64,000 nucleotides of DNA from contig OZ286468.1 of assembly GCA_965644265.1 (NCBI GenBank), positions 44,516,001 through 44,580,000 of the forward strand. The letters are read 5' to 3'. Below, piece after piece: positions 1 through 13,076 of this stretch; the first letter of the stretch is position 1; each line of letters opens with the position of its first letter. The notes beneath the pieces are model-generated. The model searched no databases, had not been told where the DNA came from, and was given only the letters and a program-made list of their open reading frames with translations. The position numbers and the translations under genes are program-made. The stretch comes from Glycera tridactyla (lineage: Eukaryota).

Positions 1-2326
1 AAACTAGTACTATATATTTCTCAGTCTTGTCTAGATAATATATTTGTGATAATGCCGAACTTGTTCAGTCTCATGTGATCGTTAGTTCAGAAGTTGAGCT
101 CCAAACAGACTTCAATCCGGGTCACTCGAGTCCTCGAGCGGTCAATCAGTAATTGACGATGGAGAGATATCGAAGATTAAGAAGGCATTAAAGATTAGTT
201 TTTTCAATGATCGGAATTTGAAGGCAGGTATCTTTTACCTTGGTGTATACCCCTGGTATATGTGAGCTGGGTGGTCTGTTTGCTGCAGTCATTACCTTCA
301 CAAATCTGAACACAAGACAATGGTGAACGGCTAATTGTCTAGATATATCTACAGACATCAAACTTATATCAATCTAATGACAGCGTATCCAAAATTGGAA
401 CTGGCTGAAAGCCGACGCTTGATCCCTCTGACGATATTCTCCCCTTAGGCAGAGTGCAGTAGTTGAAGTGAGCGAGTACATTGGGTCTGGAGGAATAAGA
501 TGAGACATATCGTCACATCATGTGTCGAAAATATATCACTTTTCCTCAAGAGAAATCCAACCTGATCCGTTTACAGCGTACAGAGGTGCGGACAATGGTG
601 GGGTGACCGACATGGCAGTTGAAGTGGTCTTAACCGACCCAATTCACGACCGAGAGAAATTTCAGAGCCAATTTCAGGGAGGTCGATGGTGCACTCAGAA
701 TAGTGGGGAAATCCCGAATTCAAAGAAAATTATCAGAATCGAGAGCACTGTCATCATACATGCACTACTGGTTTGTATGATTGTTATGTATTCCAACTGA
801 TACAATAAAAAACAAAAGGCTCTGCTCCATGCGTCAGATAGTGAAATGGGCCAGAGAAAAGAGGTTGGGGGATGCTCGTAGACTATTTGAATTGCTTGCG
901 GCTAATTAATGTATCGCCAGCGAGAGTGCTTCAGTCTATATTGGACAAAGGCCACTTTTAAATTGCAGCTCTCGAACACGCCTGGCACCATTTGAACATG
1001 ACAGCACAATCTCGACTATTATGTTACTCAGGAGTCTTAAATTATCTCGAAGATAGAACATCGAAACAGAATGGCTTCGGTACGTTCGATGAAGTACTGG
1101 CCATTAGCACTGGCTCCTTGCAATCCACAGTTCCTATTCATAACCATCTGAGTAGTATTTGATCTTCTATTTGTCTATCTCTCGGTTTATCGACCCATCT
1201 ACCCATCCATCTATCTATCTTCTGTCCGCCCGCTAGTTCTTCCATCGTTCTGTTCTGTCTGTATGACTGTCTGTCTGTTTTGTCTGTTTTGTCTGTTTCG
1301 TCTGTATGTCTGTCTATCTGTCTTTTTTATCCCGATTATGGTAGTTTTCTAGATACGGCCGGAATCATGATATTATGCACCGATGCGATGAGTTGTAACC
1401 AGAATGTAGTCTCAATAACTCTGAGTCATTTTGAATGCAATGATGTTGGCTGATAGTGATGGGGTTTGTCGGCTGGCTCCCGTCTCTGATGGTAGGAGAA
1501 AGGGAATCACTTAAAGTCGTTTTGCTGTATATGGATCATTGCAACGCTCTCTCATGAGAGAAATCACATGGTTGCAACGATTTCTGTACAAATGCAAACA
1601 CAGGTTATACAACACACAACCATAAGCACGGCCACGAGAGATACGGATGTGTGAGATGTATGATGAAGATCCGATGGCTATATGGATGAGCAATGGAATG
1701 GGTGGATGTATTGACGGATAAGTAGATTTTTGATTTGGCCCGTAGCAAAACTCCTAACTAACGATACAGGCTGTAAAAGGTGAGAAGCCAGGGGTTACGA
1801 CCTGATATAATGACATTACTTTCATACCAGTCACTCGCTGCCACTTCTGGGATTCCGTTATGTGTGGGAGAGGGGCTATGTGCGTGTGTTCTCACATTCC
1901 CTATGGGCATATACATTCGCTGCATCCACAGTGCGATCTCCATCGTTGGGTAATTCACAACATATTGATGGAGCCAGACCAATTACATGCCGGTCGTTGC
2001 CTGCGAAAGGCAGCAATACATGGAAGAAATTTATACGATCCTGTCGATGCAGAACGATATAGGACGATATAGCTAGCGGCATTCTATGTTATTATTTATG
2101 TAAATGTGTAGAAACTGCCTGATTTTACGAGGTAGTAGAGTGAGTGATTTGTCCAGCATGGACGGCTTATATTGCCAGTTCTGGTGTCCAATACGCTGTA
2201 GATAAGACAGCCGTGATACTTGGAAGGCGACTGATATATGACGCCTCAGAGTCAACTACCAAGCTATAGTACGGCCTCAATACAGTTTCGCTAGTTCTGG
2301 AAGATCACCTTCATTCACTGACTTAC

Positions 2327-2410
2327 CATGCAGTTTTTCTGGTTTCCCAACTCACTCCTATGGCATTAGACCAGTTGGTCACTTGCCCACCTTCCTCGAT
2401 ACCTGTATAC
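2327..2410 (-). CDS. Candidate internal coding exon, product unknown (RYTGIEEGGQVTNWSNAIGVSWETRKTAW)
   Basis: On the minus strand it ends in a consensus donor (GCATG|gtaagt). The acceptor is only moderate (atttatttgaaggacag|), with an alternative AG 8 nt downstream. Only one of three frames is stop-free. I recognise no homology. Confidence 0.25.
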
Positions 2411-3681
2411 CTGTCCTTCAAATAAATATTGCATCTTTTGTATGCTACAATGTTTGTGAACACCAAAAGGTTATTTCTTCTAATTGGCTCCAATGTGGGT
2501 TGGTGGCTTGTGTGCTTGAGTGGGTGAGTGAATGAATGATGGTTTCTGGACAATTACTCGAAAAGTTGTTCTGAAGTGAAATTTGGTGGGTAGGAATACC
2601 TTAGGTCTGGCAAGACACCATTCGATTTCATGATGGCTATCTTGAATCTTTCTATATTTCTGCTATCTTTCTTAATTCATGGTGCAATTCTATAAAATTC
2701 ACAATTCTGGCTAGTAATGAACTACAGAATGAATGAACAAAATTTGGATCCGGCAAATGTTCTCGTATGGTTTGTAGGGTGGTTCACGATTTTCAGTGAA
2801 TGTATTCATTGGTGTCCATGGGCTATCAGGTCTTTTTTGTTGTAAAATAATTTTCTTCAAGTGAGATTGCCAATCCATGTTGCTTCGGGATACAAGACAG
2901 AATAAAAAAGAGGTTTGATTCAATCAGAAAAAGCCTATATGTAATTTTTCTTGATGAAACTGTATTTTGGCATTGTGTGCATTTTCTCGGTATTTCGACA
3001 ATTATATAAATAGCTACAGCTGAAAAACCAGCACGGTTACCCTAGCTTTAAATCTGATCTATGCATCATTAGGAATGATCATGTGAAAATTCAAGAATGT
3101 GGCAATTGCTTCAAACACCCTTAAGCTCACATCAGAGCCTATTTACCTACATTGCGGATTAAATTGAGTTTTACCAGTTCCATGAGATCACCCATGCTCC
3201 GTGGGGATCACTGGCATCTCGGTCAACCTCTCTGTCCAATTCGGCTGTCATCAATGCGGCCTTGACACGGATTCACCGGGAGGTGACATCAGCTCGAAAT
3301 TGTCTGACGTTATATTCCATGCTGAGATTCTCTGTATGTAGGCTTCGCCATTTTCAGACATTCTCCGAAAGGAGTGACACAATCGCGTCATTCACACAGT
3401 TTCAATAGTTTCATGCGATTACATCCATGGAACATTACATCAAGCTTCGTGTGGCGTTCATCAATATTGTGGCCTCAACTCAGTTTCAAATCAATAACTC
3501 TTCGCATCAAGCTTTCTGTCAGAATCACATGTAGTCAAGTCATGCTAACTGATGATCTCGGTATAATCTTACGTCACATATATTCTGGAAAGCTTACCAA
3601 TATCGCAGCCTTGATACCGTTTTAACACTTTCATTTGAAACATCTTGCATACAACTCCCCAAGCGGATAATCACAGGTGTG

Positions 3682-4252
3682 GCTTCAGCATAGCTCCTAT
3701 TGACAATGCGGTCACCATTTTTAGAATCTCGTAGCTTCAGCATAGCTCCTCTAGACAATGCGGTAACCATTATTAGAAACTCGTCGCTTCAGCATAGGTC
3801 TTATAGACAATGCGGTCACCATTTTTAGAATCTCGTGGCTTCAGCATAGGTCCTATAGACAATGCGGTCACCATTAATAGAAACTCGTTGCTTCAGCATA
3901 GGTCTTATAGACAATGCGGTCACCATTTTTAGAATCTCGTGGCTTCAGCATAGGTCCTATAGACAATGCGGTCACCATTATTAGAATCTCGTTGCTCCAG
4001 CATAGGTCCTATAGACAATGCGGTCACCATTATTAGAATCTCGTTGCTTCAGCATTGGTCCTATAGACAATGCGGTCACCATTATTAGAAACTCGTTGCT
4101 TCAATATAGGTCCTTTAGACAATGCGGTCACCATTTTCAGAATCTCGTGGCTTCAGCATAGGTCCTATAGACAATGCGGTCACCATTATCAGAAACTCGT
4201 GGCTTCAGCATAGGTCCTATAGACAACGCGATCACCACTATTAGAATCTCGT
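3682..4252. repeat. 52-bp tandem minisatellite, 11 copies
   Basis: Unit gcttcagcataggtcctatagacaatgcggtcaccattattagaatctcgtg recurs every 52 nt (3682, 3734, 3786 ... 4202). Confidence 0.97.
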
Positions 4253-4502
4253 CAAATGTAGGTTGTGGCTGTAAGTTCACATCAGTTTCTGCTTGTAGGC
4301 CTCAAGGGTCATATTCCCTTATCCACGTCCATTCATCCACGGCCGACTGATGACATTCAATCTCGATCCAAGTTGAAGACATATCCAATAAGGATCCTAC
4401 ATAATTATTCACATTTGCTCTCCGATCAAAATCTTTTTTTCAAGAAGGATCGGACCCGCAGGTCGTATCATATTTATTGAACTACAGCTTTGAGTGAGAT
4501 GC

Positions 4503-4613
4503 GAAGTGAGGTGTGGGACAAACCAATGTCACGATATTAGAAGTGAGGTGTGGGACAAACCAATGTCACGATATTAGAAGTGAGGTGTGGGACAAACCAA
4601 TGTCACGATATTA
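4503..4613. repeat. 37-bp tandem repeat, 3 identical copies
   Basis: gaagtgaggtgtgggacaaaccaatgtcacgatatta at 4503, 4540 and 4577. Confidence 0.97.
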
Positions 4614-5186
4614 TCAAGACAATTTCGAACTCTTATCCATGCAATGACCTGGTGATCCCAGTGGACCGTTAACACAAAATGTGGATAGCACTCATGTCTG
4701 TCCAGGATATATGATGGCATACATGACATGTATACAGTGTATATTTCTCGGGTTGGACATTTGAATCTATGGTCTAGATAATTTGTGGTCAATGCTTTCG
4801 GAGTGAGGACATAGTCATCACTTTTCAGTTATACCCACACGATTGACAAACAGGCCTAGGACGTCCCATGACTTTGTTAAAAGAGATTCGTCGCGTTAAA
4901 GGAAGTACTGGTTGCCAGCAGTGGCGTCATTAGGACAGATAATGGCTTGCATTAATATCTACTCTAGATCGCTTATTGTACAAGTATCGCTGGATAAGTA
5001 AGGCTCACTGCTCTCAAAGTGAGGACATCACTCTGAATGATATCGGCAGAGCGTCACACATGCATCGAGATATGGACTCACTGCTATCACATCCAAGATG
5101 ATGTTAGTCGATAGCAGAAGTGACGTTTGCATGATTTGATGAAAGTGTGCAATGCCAGATGTCGCATCTACCGGACCAGTATCATG

Positions 5187-5328
5187 TTTGGGGCTTGTGG
5201 CAGTAGTGCCTGCAAGGATTGGTATCTGATGTTGAGATTGGTACATGCCGTTGAGCCCCAACCGAATCAAAAGGATATGCGCCAGTCTTGTATAAATAAA
5301 AGTGATGCACGGAATCCTCACACTTAAT
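5187..5328. repeat. Dispersed ~142-bp repeat, copy 1 (retroposon-tail-like; class undetermined)
   Basis: Colinear with 6137-6278 (cttgtgg..tgcaaggat.ggtatc.gatgttgagattggtacatg..aataaaagtg.tgcacggaat). The core also resembles 28591-28616. Confidence 0.8.
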
Positions 5329-6136
5329 ACAGGCCATGAAATATTGTGTCAAATCACGATACGTGTGTAACTTCGGGATGAAATATCATCAATCAGCCAT
5401 CTCAGGAGACATTACACTTCTCAGTGGAATTGATGGATAGCATACTGGGCCACACCTCATCTGAGTTGTCTAGTGTAGTCTATGCAGGTTTCCCTCAGTA
5501 AATCATTGGTGAGGTATCCATTCCATCAGACTGAAAAGGGTGAATAAAGTATAGTTCCTTCAATTGTTGCAATATGAATTGGTCAACTTGTACTCTTTAC
5601 ATATTGTAGAAGTATGCGATATGACTGAATTATAAGAAAGGGAAACATCGTAAAAAGCTACTGTAACTAGATTTCACACTAGACAGTTTACTGCATGAAG
5701 CCTCTGCATGACACCGTCACGTGCAGTCTACTGTCCTCCTCATCGGTGAGTAGTTCATGAAGAGTGATGTTTAGCGTTAGGTGTCACCAACTTTCTCTGA
5801 GGTATATATTCGAGCAATCAGGCATGAGTACATGATCCCACCAAGCCATCATCCTGAAACTGCCTCCAATGTCCCAAAGCTCAAACTTAGCCGTGCTTTC
5901 TATGTTGCAGTACCAACTCTCTTGAATGTCCCACCCATCTCAGTCCATAAGTGTAATATTGTTTGAAAGGTTCAAATTTGCCTGAAGACTTATCTCTTCA
6001 GAGAGTCATATGGATGAGCAGAGAGAGGCTTTTGTAGTCGTATGACTGAACGAGCGAGTGCTTTTGGGCAGGGACTGCCCCTTAATAAATAGCGCTCAAA
6101 AATGCCTTACATCATTATCATCATATTATCATATTA

Positions 6137-6278
6137 TTCGGGACTTGTGGGAGTCGTGCATGCAAGGATCGGTATCGGATGTTGAGATTGGTACATGTCA
6201 TTGAATCCTAACCGAAGTGAAGGGGTGTGCAGCTGCCTTGTATGAATAAAAGTGGTGCACGGAATACTTACACGTAAT
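6137..6278. repeat. Dispersed ~142-bp repeat, copy 2
   Basis: Diverged direct copy of 5187-5328, 950 bp downstream. Confidence 0.8.
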
Positions 6279-6718
6279 GCATGCCATTGAACCCAAATCA
6301 TCGACCAACAACGCAAAAATCTGACCGACAAAAATAGTTCCATCATTGCATGCTCGAATATGCTATCTATCTTCTATTTATTGAATCATAGAGAGTTAAA
6401 AATGGAATGACACAAGGCGGTGATTTGCGTCATCTGTTTGCCAGGCTCTTATCATATTGAATGGCTGACTTCAATCCGTTAGTTGTGTTTTTATTACGTC
6501 AGCCGATGGACTAATTAAAATCTTACGAGTAGAGAAATGAGAAGCTAGGTTCCTAGACAACTGAGACCCCCGATTATTGCCCCTCAGCAGACTACCAATG
6601 ATATTATTCTGATAAAACTACACATGATACTAATTAACGTTGTAACCCAAGCCCACCGAGTCGATATCTTGGTATTCATTCTACCAGAGAATCGGTGATT
6701 CTGCTGTTGTTTGCATAC

Positions 6719-7077
6719 CTCTGTTGATGGATCTCTTTTGATGGATCTCTTTTGATGGATCTCTTTTGATGGATCTCTGTTGATGGATCTCTGTTGATGG
6801 ATCTCTGTTGATGGATCTCTGTTGATGGATCTCTGTTGATGGATCTCTGTTGATGGATCTCTGTTGATGGATCTCTGTTGATGGATCTCTGTTGATGGAT
6901 CTCTGTTGATGGATCTCTGTTGATGGATCTCTGTTGATGGATGGATCTCTGTTGATGGATCTCTGTTGATGGATCTCTGTTGATGGATCTCTGTTGATGG
7001 ATCTCTGTTGATGGATCTCTCTTGATTGATCTCTATTAATGGATCTCTGTTGATGGATCTCTGTTGATGGATCTTTT
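6719..7077. repeat. 14-bp tandem repeat (ctctgttgatggat), about 25 copies
   Basis: Directly visible. There are minor variants at both ends and one extra internal gatg duplication near 6940. Confidence 0.97.
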
Positions 7078-7564
7078 TCGAGATGTATTCCAGATAAACT
7101 TGAATTATTGATTGATCATTGCCTCAATTGATTTGATGCCTTCAGCCAGTTTGGATGATCGATTATGTAGAATAGTGTCTGTGTGTCTCTTCAATCTCCA
7201 CTCGAGGAGCAATCCGCTCCATATATTGATGACGACAGACGGCATTTCTCGAGCTGCACCCCTGGATATCAGACAATAGTTATGTTTCAAACACCCGTGA
7301 TTGCCTGATTGAAGAGTTGTGCCTTCATTGATTGTCCTTTCACCATATACACAAGTGGATCTAGCAGTCCTATCATAGTCCTCAACTTCTCGATTGGTGA
7401 TTCCAGGTATCAAGACAAAGTTGAAAAATTGAATGAGAGATATTTTCCATGTTCAATATTCACAAAGGTGTCATCCTAGCACATTCATTCATAGGGACCG
7501 CACATCCTTGATGGTGGATGACGAGCAGCAGGCATCGCTCAGATGTTGACTGAATTATGTCGTC

Positions 7565-7740
7565 TTCGAACTTCACTGAGGTGTCAAGTTGGCTCACCAA
7601 TGACATACTTGAGATGTTTCTGTGGTTCTGAACTGTTCTCTGCTGTTGTTTGGGGATTCGAGGCACCAGGGAATGTTCAGTGCGAATTTGATTGGTATTA
7701 GCTGGAGTCAACTTGACTTAACAACTTCAGTCAAGTTCAA
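7565..7740. mobile_element. Possible decayed MITE (imperfect terminal inverted repeats)
   Basis: 7565-7595 (ttcgaacttcactgaggtgtcaagttggctc) matches the reverse complement of 7705-7740 with 4 mismatches and a 5-nt gap. Confidence 0.35.
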
Positions 7741-8730
7741 ACTTGATTATACGAAATCTGCTGATGAGTGGTCGATCGCCAATATGCAGATGGTTCCTTC
7801 GACGAGTAAAAACCATACCCCGCAAGCGGAGACCAGTCCTCAGATATGAGGGTACATTATGTGATGTATGGAGAAACTTGGCGCATCCTTGGATTAGCTG
7901 AGGTCAAAATTGACCAGGGTTGTTGGATAATTGCATTTGTGAAGTTTGTTATTATTTTGGCAATCTGGTTGAGCCACCTGGATGTCGTCATAGTGACAAG
8001 ACATTCGATAATATATGTCCCCTGGACACATCTGCTCTTGATCCCATGTTCAGTCGATGAAAGCAACCAGAAATGGGAGTACATGATGGATCCCACTATA
8101 AACTCAGATACTGGGTTTCAAGTTCACTGAGACTGAATGATCGTTAACGCATGCTTTTGACATCTCAAGACAAACTGCAATATTGCATAGCATCATACAC
8201 CTACTGAAGACGAAATATTTTAGGTCGATCAGGTTTTGTTGCTTTCGCAATCCAGATGATTTTCCGAAATTACCAAAAACACATTCATGGGAAACATCCA
8301 TGGGTCGCTCTTATATGAACGGAAGCTCACCATCCAATGTGATAGTTAAAGTAGTCTCCCTGTCTCTGACATGGGATATCCCACGGGAGAGAGATTCAGG
8401 AATGTGAGATGTGCAAAGACTTTACCAATGTTTGGTGTAGAAAGGTGCATCTTATTGAGCTCGGCAATTTCGCATTGGCAGAATTTTGAGATAGGTAACA
8501 GATTCTTCATGGAATCGATTTTTGTGGTGAAAATCGTAAAATCTAAGATCCATTTTCACACTAAAATGTGTATTTCAGAATTTCTGAGGCAAAATTAAAA
8601 ATTGTGCCAGATGTCTGATTCAGTGTGCATTGATAAATAAATTAATTGACACTAAATATGACCCAATATAATGTAAATCGGCATTGCGCCATGCCAAAAT
8701 GTCCTAAAATTTAGTAGCTGCCTGCTATCT

Positions 8731-8753
8731 GTTGCCATAGCAACGGTTGCCAA
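8731..8753. promoter_or_regulatory. RFX X-box-like palindrome (GTTGCCATAGCAAC) plus an adjacent half-site, probably carried by a repeat
   Basis: Matches the established RFX consensus GTNRCC(N0-3)RGYAAC. A homologous arrangement is present at 30787-30815. Confidence 0.3.
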
Positions 8754-9448
8754 GCTATCCTTAGTGAACGTATCACATCTGATATCCGAGCTCATGAAGT
8801 GTTCCATCAATTGATGTATAGTTTACCACATCCCATTTCATGGGTATGTATCGTATCTTCCTATGACTCTGAGCCTCCAACATTCATTTCTGTTATCAGC
8901 TAAAACTGCATTGACGACTTGAGTATCATCATCGTTATTGTCACTTTGAACCTAGTACTATTTTATTTGGACAATCTGGATGTCTATTTTTGTGAATAGA
9001 GTTTGATGCTGTTGGAATAGATGTATGGTGTTTTGATAGGGTGAGTATGGTTTGAGAGGGTTCTGTTTTTTTTTTTGGAACAAGGAATATATGGATGAGT
9101 TCATATCTTGACTACATATATTGAGCAATGGTTAAACTAGTATATGGAAGGTTACGTGCCCTGACAAAAACCTCATTCAATTCCAACCACGTCATGTGTG
9201 CATTTATCCCTAGTATGAATTTTATCAGATGGAATTTGTAAGTTGTCTATCGCATGAGTGTGACATGTGTCTGGTTCGGGCGCCACGTTACGAGGCCAAA
9301 CTGTGATTTTCGTAATCTCTGTTGTCAAGCCAATCATATATCATATTGGTAGGATTAGTTTCGAGATTGAACCCTCACACATACTGATACTGGCATCTAG
9401 GCCTGCTGAAATGTCGAATTTGCGCAGCAAACAGAACAGACACTCGTA

Positions 9449-9800
9449 TTCCCTGCTCGAGCTGCTGGATATGAGTATTTCGCTTCGAATTGTTTATAGT
9501 ATTGGTAATTCCTTCATCAGAGTGTGGACATTATCCGGTATACGAGGAGAATTATTCGCCTGGCGACATCATTCATGATGACGGAATTTTGGTCACATCC
9601 CAAAATGACTTGATAAGCTCTCTACCTTTTTCAGCAGCACTCAAATTTCCTGCTCAGGCTGCTGGATATATAAGCATTTTGTCTCAAATTGCTACTAGTA
9701 TTGATGATTCCTTCGATAGAGTGTGAACATGATACAGTATACTAGGACAATATTTTGACCAACGACATCATCCATGATAAGGAAAATGTCGGTCACATCC
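9449..9800. repeat. Diverged tandem duplication (~150-bp homologous block, ~198-bp period)
   Basis: The block cctgctc..gctgctggatat..agtattg..attccttc..agagtgtg..cgacatcat.catgat..ggtcacatcc occurs at 9449-9600 and 9647-9800. Confidence 0.85.
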
Positions 9801-11417
9801 AAACTAGATCTACTTGACTAGCTAGCAAAATGCGAGCAGGACCCGTTTCATGCCATATCAAGTGTCGATGTCTTGTTTTCCCAAGTGTGAAAAATATCAT
9901 CTTTGATGCAGGATCAGCTTTGTACCTTTTTCGGATCAGAGAGGATTCACAAATGAGAACAAGATGGAGGAAACTTCGAACCTGCCCTGTTTAAAAGAGT
10001 AAGAACTTCCATCAATCCATGTACCAATCAAGCTACAATTTCCAAGGATCCTCATTCATTCCTCCATTCTAACACAGGGCATTTTCTATGTCGGTCATGA
10101 ATGGAACACTAGCCATGGTGAGCATTCCCGATCAAATAACGCACCTAATTGTTTGATCTTTTACTATTCAATGCTGAAACGAATGGATGGAAAGTAGGCA
10201 TTTTTGAACTTGATGGAACATGGATCATTTATCGAATCAGAAGTATCCTTTGGAATGCCAGATCATGTTTGAAAGTGCAGCTTATAATCAATTGTTAATG
10301 ATGTCGTGATAATGAGGACTCGATTAAGTACAGGATTTCCTCCATGTGCCAGATTGACATAATACGAAGTAACATGAATGTCTTCATACTGAACAGTGTT
10401 AATGTAGGTCAAACATATGGAGATTGTTGAGGTGCAATAAAAATGGAAGTCATGAGACGTCATCGCTTGACATGCGTCCACTTTCCTGACAATGAAGTAT
10501 GGCAAGACCACTATGGCAAGCCAAATCGGATGTGTTATTGGCAGATGACCTTTGACAGAATATGCCAATATAGAGGTACGTATTATGGCCTTCCTTCCTC
10601 TGGCAACGTACAGACCGGATGTGATGCAGTGTTGCCGTCGTCACTGCATTTCCATATATTGTAACTACTCCTACCATATTACAATAGATGGCATCGAATT
10701 CAAATAATATTTGCTGGAAACAACTTTTGTAACAGTATGAGTGGTTGCCAATTCGCCATCACCGGCCTAAAGCCATTCACAAATCAACAAGTCTGTTTTT
10801 TCGGAGTATAGCTGACGTTGCGGGGTGTCAACAAAAAATTTTGTCTGACCAAGTGAAATCGAGCACCCCAAAGTTTCATAACACAACTCAATATAAATAC
10901 AAACTGTCTTAAATGGCAATCATTCGGTCCGGCCGTCAATGCACACAGACAGATATAGGTGAACAGATGATATTTATTAATTTATTCAATGATGATGTAA
11001 ATCGCGAGGTTGTTAATGACCACTGTGATATAACTGTCTGGAAATGACTGTCTGGAAATATATCACCTACATATTAAAGGCAGCGAACTCAAAAACACAT
11101 TAGAAGTCTATGCCAAGGTGATGATTCCATTCGCTACTGTCACTTCTTATTCGTTATCATGGCAATGGAATCATGATGTCCCGTTTTCCATCATCAAACG
11201 AATAGAACATATCCTCAAAGGCTGTTTACCTGTACCAGATCTGACCTGGTAGAAATAGTAGAGATTTTTCAGTGATCCATCTTTTTCAGAAATCAGAAAT
11301 GAGATGATGAATGTTGTCACACAACTGGACAATCTTCAATTCCTGGTACTTGATTTTGAGAGATATGATTCCATGCTTTGGCTGAATCACCATGATTATT
11401 TTCTGGAGCAAAGTGTG

Positions 11418-12011
11418 AATACTGGGCAGTACAGATATCTCCACATACCTTGTCAACTTTCTCAGCTGCTCAATACTGGGCAGTACAGATATCTCCACAT
11501 ACCTTGTCAACTTTCTCATCTGCTCAATACTGGGCAGTACAGATATCTCCACATACCTTGTCAACTTTCTCATCTGCTCAATACTGGGCAGTACAGATAT
11601 CTCCACATACCTTGTCAACTTTCTCATCTGCTCAATACTGGGCAGTACAGATATCTCCACATACCTTGTCAACTTTCTCATCTGCTCAATACTGGGCAGT
11701 ACAGATATCTCCACATACCTTGTCAACTTTCTCATCTGCTCAATACTGGGCAGTACAGATATCTCCACATACCTTGTCAACTTTCTCATCTGCTCAATAC
11801 TGGGCAGTACAGATATCTCCACATACCTTGTCAACTTTCTCATCTGCTCAATACTGGGCAGTACAGATATCTCCACATACCTTGTCAACTTCCTCATCTG
11901 CTCAATACTGGGCAGTACAGATATCTCCACATACCTTGTCAACTTCCTCATCTGCTCAATACTGGGCAGTACAGATATCTCCACATACCTTGTCAACTTT
12001 CTCATCTGCTC
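11418..12011. repeat. 54-bp near-perfect tandem minisatellite, 11 copies
   Basis: Unit aatactgggcagtacagatatctccacataccttgtcaactttctcatctgctc recurs every 54 nt with only single-base variants. It explains the 229-252 aa repetitive ORFs. Confidence 0.98.
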
Positions 12012-12107
12012 AGAATTCGATCACTGACACACTTGCTTTCTTCCAAACCTCTGGCAACTTAGCTTGGACTGTGTTAACTCTTTGTTGGATATATTTCAAA
12101 ACTACAG

Positions 12108-12135
12108 GTGCAAAGCTGCCAGTCCGTGTTCCAAG
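12108..12135 (+). other. Candidate micro-exon (28 nt)
   Basis: atttcaaaactacag|GTGCAAAGCTGCCAGTCCGTGTTCCAAG|gtaatg. All frames are open. No homology recognised. Confidence 0.15.
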
Positions 12136-13076
12136 GTAATGTGAGGTTCCTTGCAAGTGATTTGAAAGAAAACACGTAAATTATTGAAATTCTGTTACAT
12201 GACAGCTGGTGCTTACTCATTCTTGAAGACCATGAGGTTATATGTTTGGCAGAACTCCGTCAGAGAATGTACTGAATATGTAAATAGTGCTTGTATTTTG
12301 ACTGTTTGAGGATTCTCTGAAAATTTCATCGACTATTTGAGGATGAATGAAATGAATGGTCCTGAACAAATATATTCTCCTGAATTGTTTCTGGGTCTTT
12401 GAGGTTGGCATCTACTGTATCCTCCTCTAGGTTGTCTATATCTGTGTACAGGTGGTCGAAGCCTATGACAAACAGGCTGGCGAATATTCAGTCACCACAG
12501 ATTGGATACATCAGACCATTGCCAGAAGGAGAAAGCTTTCGAAATTGCCACTGCAATACTAAGAAGAGTACACTACGCAGACAAAGCCCTCAATGATACT
12601 GACGACATTATGCTACCTATATCAATCTCATTTATTTCATGGTAGAATATTTCAGTACTTCTTGCATGCTATTTCTATTTCCCAGTGTCTGCATAGGTCT
12701 CGATTAGATCTTCTATAGACACACAAGTGTTCTGTCATATGGATATGGCAGTCTTGTTCAAGGATGGATATTTGTTGATTATCACTGTCACAGAGAAAAA
12801 TGTTATGATAATTTCCACCGGTTCTCAAACGACAACATCTATTTTTGAGTAAGTGTTACAAAAGAGCTGAGTTGTGACTTACCTTACACCATATAGCACT
12901 CAAGACCATACACATCCCTAAACCATAATCATGACAATAATGCTCATCAGTATGTGAGTTTGAAATGGATAAGTTCTCATCTTCTGTGTTCATGTATGTT
13001 GTGGTTACATACGAGGTTTGTGTGTTCAGGCCATGTAATTTCGAGATTCAAGAACGTGGTCCTTGTTTTTCTTCAG

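Noticed and set aside
11286-12139. 229-252 aa ORFs in three frames
   Set aside because: They result from a stop-free 54-bp unit repeated 11 times, and are open on both strands. Only the unique flank is kept, as a weak finding.
12888-12917. Minus-strand micro-exon near 12882-12916 (GMCMVLSAIWCK, AAG|gtaagt)
   Set aside because: The donor is good but the acceptor is weak, the segment is very short, and there is no homology. It cannot be told apart from the chance splice-like sites expected in 64 kb.
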